Shown one piece after another: positions 57,116-64,000 of a DNA stretch of 64,000 nucleotides. Made by a program: the position numbers and the translations under genes. Positions within the stretch are counted from its first letter, which is position 1. Each line of letters begins with the position of its first letter. The stretch lies in IMG/VR virus record IMGVR_UViG_3300027969_000043, positions 96,001 through 160,000 of that record; one strand, written 5' to 3'. The DNA is from a virus. The notes beneath the pieces were generated by a model. The model was not told where the DNA came from and did not search any database. It saw only the letters and a list, made by a program, of their open reading frames with translations.

Positions 57116-57541
57116 TTAAATTTCTAGCGGTTTAATATTATTAAACTGAGCCGTTATATTGAAATCTTCTTGGTAATCTTGAATCTCTTCCAATTTGTCT
57201 AATATTAATGTAAGGTTTGTAGCTTTATCCGTAACAACATCTGCCATATCATATATTGCCGATTCTATTTCGCCATCATCGTCCTGTCCGTACATGCTCA
57301 TGAACTGTTTTCTTGCTTTATACATAAAATCCTCAATACTATACACAATCTTGCCAAGATTTTTTATGTTTATGTTCATAGATAAGATATCACCAACACT
57401 CTCAAATGTAATTTTTGAATATATTTTATCCAGTTCAGCAGATTTTTCATTACACAATTGCTTAAATTTGGCTAATTGGTCTTCGCTCTCCTTTATAAGC
57501 CTAATTTTATTATACTGATTTTCAGTTACTTTTATTTTCAT
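57116..57541 (-). CDS. hypothetical protein with a VTENQY leader
   Basis: MKIKVTENQYNKIRLIKES; ATG at 57541; ATATTTAT at 57557-57564. Confidence 0.65.
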   Translation of the reverse strand: MKIKVTENQYNKIRLIKESEDQLAKFKQLCNEKSAELDKIYSKITFESVGDILSMNINIKNLGKIVYSIEDFMYKARKQFMSMYGQDDDGEIESAIYDMADVVTDKATNLTLILDKLEEIQDYQEDFNITAQFNNIKPLEI

Positions 57542-57566
57542 TTTCTTTATTTTAATATAAATATAT

Positions 57567-57595
57567 TTGACAATCACAAAAATATTTAGTATATT
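57567..57595 (+). promoter_or_regulatory. host-sigma-type promoter TTGACA-N17-TATATT
   Basis: Directly upstream of ATG 57603. Confidence 0.6.
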
Positions 57596-57602
57596 TTAGC
57601 AT

Positions 57603-58097
57603 ATGGCTAATTACAATTTTAATAAAGACCTTATACTAGGTGAAGAAGGTGAAGAAGTTATAATAAAAGACCTGCTAACGATGGGCGCTAATTATGACTC
57701 AAACAATAAAAATAACACACATGACGTTATCGTTACCTATTTAGGTAGAAAAATTAGTTATGAGTGTAAAACAGATTTCTTTGATGATACTGGTAATATG
57801 TTTATTGAAACATCTTGTCGTGGTAAAGAATCAGGTATATCGGTAACAAAAGCCGATTGGTTTGTAACATACTTTAAAGTATTAAATGAAATCTGGTACA
57901 TCAAAACGGCTAAATTAAAAGAAATCTTAAGTAGCCATGACCATAAAAAAGCTACCCAAAGCGGTGACCTTGGTAGCGATACCGAAGGTGTCCTTCTAAA
58001 TAAAAACATGTTTCGTGACGATTTTATTGTTAGACATGCGACAAAACATATTGAAATCATTAAAAAATGGCAAAAAAAGTACAAGAGCCAAAACTAA
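57603..58097 (+). CDS. PD-(D/E)xK-like nuclease
   Basis: GEEGE, HD, YECKTD, TGNMFIE, SGI..TKAD. Confidence 0.65.
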   Translation: MANYNFNKDLILGEEGEEVIIKDLLTMGANYDSNNKNNTHDVIVTYLGRKISYECKTDFFDDTGNMFIETSCRGKESGISVTKADWFVTYFKVLNEIWYIKTAKLKEILSSHDHKKATQSGDLGSDTEGVLLNKNMFRDDFIVRHATKHIEIIKKWQKKYKSQN

Positions 58098-58645
58098 TCG
58101 TAGAACTAATACCTAAAACTTGCCAATACTCAAATGTCAGAACCACACTCAAAAAAAAAGAATGGGATAAAATACGATTAATCGTATACGAAAAAGCTGG
58201 ACATAAATGTGAAATATGTCACCAAACTGGTTTAGAACAAGGTTATCGACATAAATTAGAATGTCACGAAATCTGGAAATATAACGACACAAAAAAAATA
58301 CAAAAACTTGTTGGTCTTATAGCACTATGCCCACTATGCCACCAAGTAAAACATATCGGAAGAACCTCATTCATTGGCAAACAAAAAATAGCGCTAGATA
58401 GACTATCCAATATAAACAAATGGAATCTAGAAGAAGTTACACAACACGTAGCTGAAGCCTATGAAAAAAATAAAGAAAGGTCCAATTTTGATTGGACCCT
58501 TGATATATCTTTATTGAAAAAATCACCCTATAATATTGTTATCAATTCAACAGAAACTCGTAAATACGAAAAAGTTAAATACAAAAAACGTAAATATATA
58601 AAAAAGAAAACCGCTAAAAGAAAAAGACCAAAGAAAAAAAATTAG
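58067..58645 (+). CDS. HNH endonuclease-like protein
   Basis: W..IR..VY..AG..CEIC, LECHEIW, ALCPLCHQVKH; basic tail. Confidence 0.75.
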   Translation: MAKKVQEPKLIVELIPKTCQYSNVRTTLKKKEWDKIRLIVYEKAGHKCEICHQTGLEQGYRHKLECHEIWKYNDTKKIQKLVGLIALCPLCHQVKHIGRTSFIGKQKIALDRLSNINKWNLEEVTQHVAEAYEKNKERSNFDWTLDISLLKKSPYNIVINSTETRKYEKVKYKKRKYIKKKTAKRKRPKKKN

Positions 58646-58872
58646 CCTTTATTGCTAGCAGGTATGCTCTTAAATAATATACCAAAAAGGGTATAAAGTG
58701 CAAACGATTCCCAATAGCTAATTGCTGGCAATTGGAAAATATCTACAATAACCCAATTCCATAACCACATCACTGGAAAGGCCAACAATAACGCCGCGCC
58801 AAATAATCCAATGGTAACAAGCGCTAACGCACCTAAAAAAACTCCTAAATACTGTAATAAATTTCTTTTCAT
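58642..58872 (-). CDS. small membrane protein
   Basis: Hydrophobic; PVMWLWNWV...LPAISYWES; ATG at 58872. Confidence 0.6.
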   Translation of the reverse strand: MKRNLLQYLGVFLGALALVTIGLFGAALLLAFPVMWLWNWVIVDIFQLPAISYWESFALYTLFGILFKSIPASNKG

Positions 58873-58882
58873 TTTTTTAATT

Positions 58883-59056
58883 TTATTTTTTATCATTATT
58901 AATAATTGATTTATATCTAATACTGTCTTCTTTTGTAAATTCCACAATTTTCCACACTTTTGGATTAAATGTAAAATTTATATTTTCTTTTTTAACTGTT
59001 GTCATTGATGGTTTACATGCTGTAAACAACAAAGCAATTAATAATAATTTTTTCAT
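58883..59056 (-). CDS. small lipoprotein
   Basis: MKKLLLIALLFTAC lipobox; ATG at 59056. Confidence 0.55.
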   Translation of the reverse strand: MKKLLLIALLFTACKPSMTTVKKENINFTFNPKVWKIVEFTKEDSIRYKSIINNDKK

Positions 59057-59090
59057 AATTTTTTTTATAAATGTGTAAAGCAAAACCCTA

Positions 59091-59357
59091 CTAATATGTA
59101 AACTCGTATTCAGAATTACCAGTTTTAAACTTAACGTAGCCATCCCGCTCCTCCAATATCTCAGTAACTGTTGTTGTTAGCCAATAATCTTGACCCGAAT
59201 AACTTCTAGCCGTTACAGCGCCAACCAATAAACTACACCCAATCGTTGGTCTGTTGCCAACAACCTCTTTAAATGTGCCATCTTCATTCCAAGATATTGC
59301 TTCAACCCTAGAACCAGAATCACCAGCACCATCTCGTAAACGTTTTAAATTTGCCAT
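59091..59357 (-). CDS. hypothetical protein
   Basis: 88 aa; WLTT.VTEI..FKTGNSEY. Confidence 0.6.
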   Translation of the reverse strand: MANLKRLRDGAGDSGSRVEAISWNEDGTFKEVVGNRPTIGCSLLVGAVTARSYSGQDYWLTTTVTEILEERDGYVKFKTGNSEYEFTY

Positions 59358-59421
59358 GATATAATTTTTGTGTAAATATACGCACTTTCTTTATAAAATG
59401 CAAATATTTATAATAAAAACT

Positions 59422-60276
59422 GTGATATTTTATAAAAACATATTATTAGAAGCTGACGACGTTATTAAACGCCCAATATTTCATTTTACGGAATTAACAG
59501 GTATGTATGAAACGGCTATGAAAGGGTTGGATACAGAACTAAACATTCCAAAGGATGTGTTTAAAAGTTTCCAAATAAAAGATGAACTATACCCAAAAAT
59601 GTGGGCAAATGAACAACTTAAACCAGAAATTAGAAAACAATTACTCAAAATAGCTGTAGATTTTTTTACAAAATTAGAATTACCAGATGAAATAAAACTA
59701 AAAGATGTCTTGTTGGTCGGCAGCCTAGCTAATTATAATTGGTCCGAATACTCAGATGTTGATATGCATCTTGTTGTTGATTTCTCACAATTTAAAGAAG
59801 ATGAAGAATTTATAAAAAAATTCTTTGACGCACAAAAAAATCTTTATAATATAAAACACGACATCAAAATCGCTGGCCATGACGTAGAAGTCTACGTACA
59901 AGACAAAAACGACAAGGTACACGCTGGCGGCATATACTCATTGCCTAAAGATAATTGGGTACGTATGCCTATTAAAAATAGATTTACAGTTGATAGAAAA
60001 AATGTTAAACTAAAGGTAGATAAGTTCTTTGATAAAATCAAAAGCATTGAAAACACTTACAAAAAAGAAAATTATAAAGACGTAATCACTAAAATAGACG
60101 CACTAAAAGACTCGATAAAAAAAATGAGACAGGCTGGATTAGAAAAAGGTGGGGAGTACTCAATAGAAAATATTGTCTTTAAAGTGCTAAGAAGAACCGA
60201 TTTTATGGAACTTCTAGATACATATAAAAATAAATCTTACGATAAAATGGTAAGTGTAAACGAAGAACAACCATGA
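59422..60276 (+). CDS. Pol-beta-superfamily nucleotidyltransferase
   Basis: VGSLANYNWSEYSDVDMH (GS..DxD), VEVYVQD, R..GL..GEYS.EN; GTG start at 59422 after ATATTTAT at 59404-59411. Confidence 0.8.
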   Translation: MIFYKNILLEADDVIKRPIFHFTELTGMYETAMKGLDTELNIPKDVFKSFQIKDELYPKMWANEQLKPEIRKQLLKIAVDFFTKLELPDEIKLKDVLLVGSLANYNWSEYSDVDMHLVVDFSQFKEDEEFIKKFFDAQKNLYNIKHDIKIAGHDVEVYVQDKNDKVHAGGIYSLPKDNWVRMPIKNRFTVDRKNVKLKVDKFFDKIKSIENTYKKENYKDVITKIDALKDSIKKMRQAGLEKGGEYSIENIVFKVLRRTDFMELLDTYKNKSYDKMVSVNEEQP

Positions 60277-61295
60277 AAAATCTTATTTTAGAAAAATTAC
60301 ATATATTGCTTGAAGATAAGGGCTATAGGATTGCACCCCAAGACTACGGTGCGGAATTTAGACAAACTGGCTCAGGTAAGTCTATGACTGGTATTCCAAA
60401 CAAAAATGTTATCTCTGACGAAAAACTTAATCAAGTAATGGCTCAATTAGCCCTAGCAAAAGAAATATCTCTAAAATATAAAAGAGCTTGGGATAAAGGT
60501 GAAGAAGGCATTTTCGTAAATTGGATGGGTAGAAAAATGCTTATGAGAATTCCTAAAGAACTTAGAACAGCTACAGACCCTAACGGAAGACCAGTAGACT
60601 ATTCTAACTACTTTAATATCGCAACAATTGGTGATGGCGGATTCCAATACAAATTATACCCAAACGGAAATATACTAGGTGGTGTTGTACAATCTAGACC
60701 AGATATGGCCGATAGACCAAATTTAACTGGCGCCGTAGATGCTGGATATGACAAAACATTTGACGATAGAATCAAATACTTTTTTGTTAAAGCTGGTATC
60801 ATGGGCAAATATAAAGAAGAAGCTGGCAGATTCGCTAGCGTATTGGACACACCTGCCATAGACGCATCTGTTAAAGTACGTGTAATATTCCATGACGAAA
60901 TACTAGACTTTCTTACCAAAGATAAAGGTGCAGCACAATATACCGCAGATAAAAAAGGTGCCGAAATAGCAAACAAAATGGAATTCGAAAAGAAATTAGA
61001 AAAGATTAGAAAAGACGCTGAAATCGCAATCGGTAAACCAGTTTATGGTAGCAAAACTTGGATGGACTTTAAAGATAAGCTTAAAATCATGTTTGATAAC
61101 CCAGAAGAACAAAAGGCTATGGATATCAACCAAATGACCAAAGATTTTATTAAACAATATCAAGAAACCAATACCGTTCTATATAAAGGTAAACAACAAA
61201 TAACCATGGACCCAGACGAAGAAGCAGAATGGGAAAAAGAACAAAAAGAAAAATTAGCTAGAATAACAGCTGCTAAAGCTAGAATGAAAAAATAA
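60273..61295 (+). CDS. hypothetical protein with an LxE leader
   Basis: MKNLILEKLHILLED; ATGA overlap. Confidence 0.65.
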   Translation: MKNLILEKLHILLEDKGYRIAPQDYGAEFRQTGSGKSMTGIPNKNVISDEKLNQVMAQLALAKEISLKYKRAWDKGEEGIFVNWMGRKMLMRIPKELRTATDPNGRPVDYSNYFNIATIGDGGFQYKLYPNGNILGGVVQSRPDMADRPNLTGAVDAGYDKTFDDRIKYFFVKAGIMGKYKEEAGRFASVLDTPAIDASVKVRVIFHDEILDFLTKDKGAAQYTADKKGAEIANKMEFEKKLEKIRKDAEIAIGKPVYGSKTWMDFKDKLKIMFDNPEEQKAMDINQMTKDFIKQYQETNTVLYKGKQQITMDPDEEAEWEKEQKEKLARITAAKARMKK

Positions 61296-61299
61296 ACAT

Positions 61300-61992
61300 A
61301 TGAAAAAGAAACTATTAAAACAAAAAGAAAGGGCTATCATCGAAAGCTTTGCTAAGAATTTTAATAAAATTAAAAGACTTGACGAAAATGAAATTAGTGA
61401 AGAACCATTAAACGCCACCAATCATTTACAGGTGGGCGATAGATTAGAAAAAATAAATACATCAACACCAGACACTTTAACTATTGTAAAAATAGATGGT
61501 AATAAACTTTTTATAAAATCAGATGCGGCCAACCACGAATTTCAATGGACTCTAGATAGCGTCGATGATGAAATTAAAAGAGGTAAATTAAAATGGTTTC
61601 CAAAAAATGAATCACTAGATGAAATCAACCTTAAAAAAAGTTTGGCAACCCTAGGGTTAGCAGCAACCATGATGGGTGCACCTAAAGACGCTGCAGCTCA
61701 AATGCCACAACAACCACAAGGTATAGAAAAATCGGTTGCTAGTGCTCAAGCTTTGGGCTTGCCAGAAGACAATCGCAAAGCGGGTAAAGTAGTTATTGAT
61801 TCTTACACAAGAAATCCTTTTACTGCCGATATGTGGAGCAAAAAAAGCCGTGAAAATCTAAGGTTTTTTAAAACACTTAAAAAACTTGTTGATTATTATA
61901 TGGGCGGTGGACAAGTAGACGATTCTGATATTGAAGAATTAGGCGCAATGGTAAAACAATCACCAGTTGCTATGGATTTCTTACAAAGATAA
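61300..61992 (+). CDS. hypothetical modular protein with LxE sites
   Basis: IIES, LDE, ISE; internal SLDEINLKKSLATLGLAATMMG. Confidence 0.65.
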   Translation: MKKKLLKQKERAIIESFAKNFNKIKRLDENEISEEPLNATNHLQVGDRLEKINTSTPDTLTIVKIDGNKLFIKSDAANHEFQWTLDSVDDEIKRGKLKWFPKNESLDEINLKKSLATLGLAATMMGAPKDAAAQMPQQPQGIEKSVASAQALGLPEDNRKAGKVVIDSYTRNPFTADMWSKKSRENLRFFKTLKKLVDYYMGGGQVDDSDIEELGAMVKQSPVAMDFLQR

Positions 61993-61996
61993 TAAA

Positions 61997-62017
61997 AAAG
62001 GGGCCTAAAGCCCCTTT
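61997..62017. terminator. bidirectional terminator
   Basis: AAAGGGGC-CTAAA-GCCCCTTT between convergent genes. Confidence 0.8.
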
Positions 62018-62023
62018 CTTATT

Positions 62024-63364
62024 TTAAAATGGTAATATATTATTCTCGGTAAAATCATCGACGTCCATTAAATTTAATCTATCCGCCATTGTAATTTCTC
62101 GTATCTCAAACTCTTGGACATTGTTCTCAAAATTAACATCGTACATCATAACCTTTGGCTTATTCTGAATCAACAATTGCATATCCCCGTCACACTTATG
62201 AGCATTGGCCAAAGCCTTGTTAAATGCCAATATCTTTTCTTGAACCTCAATCTGTAATTCAACAGGTGTATTACAATTATACTTGCCCCTGAATTGACCA
62301 TTTTCCAAATATTTGTTTTGAGTACTTACCGTCCTAAAATTATCACCAATACCATATGATGATAATTGACGATAGTTTAATTCTAATGTATAACCGTTAA
62401 TGTGATATATCCCAGCACCACCGTTGTCAATTTTATTGATGTAAGTGGCAACACAATGCTTTTGTGTCATACCCTCATATAGAACCTCTCTATTGGTTGT
62501 CAATAACTTATACCCAGTCACCTCAGCAAACTTACGATATATCTTGGCAACATTTAATTCACGATGCTCCTCAAATTCTAATACCGTGTTGGTAATCTCT
62601 TTGGACCAATCATTATGCATTTGAACCAATCGCTTAACACTCCAAGAACAATTAACCTTCATATCTAGTGTTCTGGCCATCTTACACGTATCAACAAACA
62701 TATGATGTGACATCAATTCTGGCTTGAGGCTCTCGATGTTTGTCAAAACCTGTTTCATCTCCTTCCAAATCTTAAATGTATCTGTGGCTTGGTATTCTTT
62801 AAAATGAGCAATTAAAACCTTGATGACTGGAGCTGGCACCTTGAACTTAAATTTTAAAGCGTCGGTTTGATTAAAAAGCTTATTTCTAACAATCGTGTTA
62901 AACGCCATGCCTTGTAAAGCTGGTGTCTCAGATATAAATCTTATCCAAGAAAACTTCTTCATAAAGGCCTTCATTATTGGATGCGTATCGATGCTGTCCC
63001 AACTAGCAATATTGCCAACATAAGCACGCAACCCAGCATATGTTAATTGAGAGAATTTACCGTGGCCACGCTTGCTAGAATACCAAAACTTACCCCCCTT
63101 ATAAATGATGCTCTCCATTTTCTTTTTTCGGATATACATCTTGTTCGTAATGCTAATACCAACGGTCTCATGAAACGTACAAATCTCAAAATCACCATTT
63201 TCTTGTGTAAACTTAACAACTCGTGTGATGTAATAACTACCTCGATTGTTGAAATACAAAATCCTAGCCTTGTACTTGTCTTTCGCGTAAACTTCAAATA
63301 GTTTGTCAACCAACGAAGATTTGGACTCCTGTATCAAGGTCCACTCTGGTTTATTTTTTTCCAT
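62024..63364 (-). CDS. PcfJ-like domain protein
   Basis: MHND..., EVLYEGMTQKHCVATY, YTLEL, QFRGKYN; TATATTTG at 63393-63386. Confidence 0.7.
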   Translation of the reverse strand: MEKNKPEWTLIQESKSSLVDKLFEVYAKDKYKARILYFNNRGSYYITRVVKFTQENGDFEICTFHETVGISITNKMYIRKKKMESIIYKGGKFWYSSKRGHGKFSQLTYAGLRAYVGNIASWDSIDTHPIMKAFMKKFSWIRFISETPALQGMAFNTIVRNKLFNQTDALKFKFKVPAPVIKVLIAHFKEYQATDTFKIWKEMKQVLTNIESLKPELMSHHMFVDTCKMARTLDMKVNCSWSVKRLVQMHNDWSKEITNTVLEFEEHRELNVAKIYRKFAEVTGYKLLTTNREVLYEGMTQKHCVATYINKIDNGGAGIYHINGYTLELNYRQLSSYGIGDNFRTVSTQNKYLENGQFRGKYNCNTPVELQIEVQEKILAFNKALANAHKCDGDMQLLIQNKPKVMMYDVNFENNVQEFEIREITMADRLNLMDVDDFTENNILPF

Positions 63365-63417
63365 ATGTAAATTGATTTATTTTGGCAAATATACCAAAAA
63401 AAATCAAATCACCAAAA

Positions 63418-63897
63418 TTATTTTTTAAGATTTGCATAATATACTATGTAACTCTTTAAACACTTAGATTTAAAATCTATCCACGTATCCATATTTATCT
63501 TAATCCCCAGCCGATTACCCAATTTCAATCCCTCATCCCAAGCAGCAAATTCTTCCTCTAGGCTCGCAACAACATAAGAATCCCTACGCATATATCTTTT
63601 ATCATTGGTTGTTAAATTAACCTCTTCAGCATACGCCGAAGTTGGAAACCGCTTGGTAAACTTCTTCCAATTCTTTCTAATTTCGTGATGACCCAACTCA
63701 TGTAACATCAAATAGGTTTTTATCTCTACACCATATTTACCCTCGATATATATTGATTTTGGCTCATTTAAGGTTTGTAGGTTCCATTTTATCATGGATA
63801 CACCCTTGTGATTAAGACTTATGTTAGCATAACCCTCATTAACAGCATATTCAGTTAAATGCCCAATTGCCCTCTTGTAACTATATCTACCTGCCAA
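63418..63897 (-). CDS. zinc metallopeptidase-like protein
   Basis: MLHELGHH plus EEFAAW; ATATTTAT at 63910-63917; TTG start. Confidence 0.65.
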   Translation of the reverse strand: MAGRYSYKRAIGHLTEYAVNEGYANISLNHKGVSMIKWNLQTLNEPKSIYIEGKYGVEIKTYLMLHELGHHEIRKNWKKFTKRFPTSAYAEEVNLTTNDKRYMRRDSYVVASLEEEFAAWDEGLKLGNRLGIKINMDTWIDFKSKCLKSYIVYYANLKK

Positions 63898-64000
63898 AAC
63901 CTTTTTTTTATAAATATCCAGTATATCTATATTAACATGTGAAGGTCAAACAAGCTCTGCAATTTACACTTCCAAAAGCAGGTACGGCGACATCGCCAGC

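Noticed and set aside
58642-59056. Lipoprotein plus membrane protein as a spanin pair
   Set aside because: The membrane protein is almost entirely hydrophobic with no periplasmic coiled coil, and gene order and context do not match i-/o-spanins
10341-63309. Many antisense or alternate-frame ORFs in the track (e.g. 10341..10859, 16207..16569, 35076..35453, 45239..45799, 45995..46390, 60608..60976, 63043..63309)
   Set aside because: They overlap well-supported genes, lack motifs and upstream signals, and look like shadow ORFs
1-64000. Alternative genetic code (stop-codon reassignment), as seen in some jumbo phages
   Set aside because: Capsid, portal, terminase and ClpC genes are full-length under the standard code, and TAG/TGA end genes at sensible boundaries
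63931-64000. GC-richer stretch at the window end with a GGCGA/TCGCC inverted repeat, possibly an RNA gene
   Set aside because: Truncated; no tRNA, tmRNA or RNase P signature; equally consistent with the 3' end of a minus-strand CDS
1-64000. CRISPR array, tRNA genes, introns or inteins
   Set aside because: No regularly spaced repeats or cloverleafs in the short intergenic gaps; terminase, portal and ClpC show no interrupting splicing elements

Overview
This window is a segment of a large, AT-rich, T4-superfamily-like tailed phage genome, probably infecting a Bacteroidota host (inferred from TAnnTTTG promoter elements and A-rich leaders without Shine-Dalgarno sites). Layout: (1) 1-14.5 kb is a dense glycan-modification cluster (many glycosyltransferases, FkbM/SAM methyltransferases, a GDP-mannose 3,5-epimerase-like enzyme, WecB, a HAD-nucleotidyltransferase fusion) interrupted by phoH. 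(2) 14.5-21.5 kb holds a gp55-like sigma factor and baseplate/structural genes. (3) 21.5-43 kb (minus strand) is the head module: major capsid protein, scaffold, prohead protease, portal, terminase and large acidic modular core proteins. (4) 43-64 kb is accessory: NlpC/P60, KTSC, ClpC, several HExxH metalloproteases, thioredoxin, LRR and PcfJ-like proteins, and a nucleotidyltransferase. Highlights read from the sequence: an ABC-ATPase joined to a GNAT by an apparent -1 frameshift and followed by an intact Rieske oxygenase; a second apparent -1 frameshift with a 3' hairpin in a head-core gene; a family of enzymes carrying short N-terminal leaders that end in LxE, plus modular polyproteins (a candidate capsid-cargo system); about 25 copies of an upstream motif ATATTTAT, the reverse complement of the T4 late promoter; and a three-way-junction RNA candidate in a 5' UTR. 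No tRNA, rRNA or CRISPR array was seen. All calls come from motif recognition by eye, without database searches.
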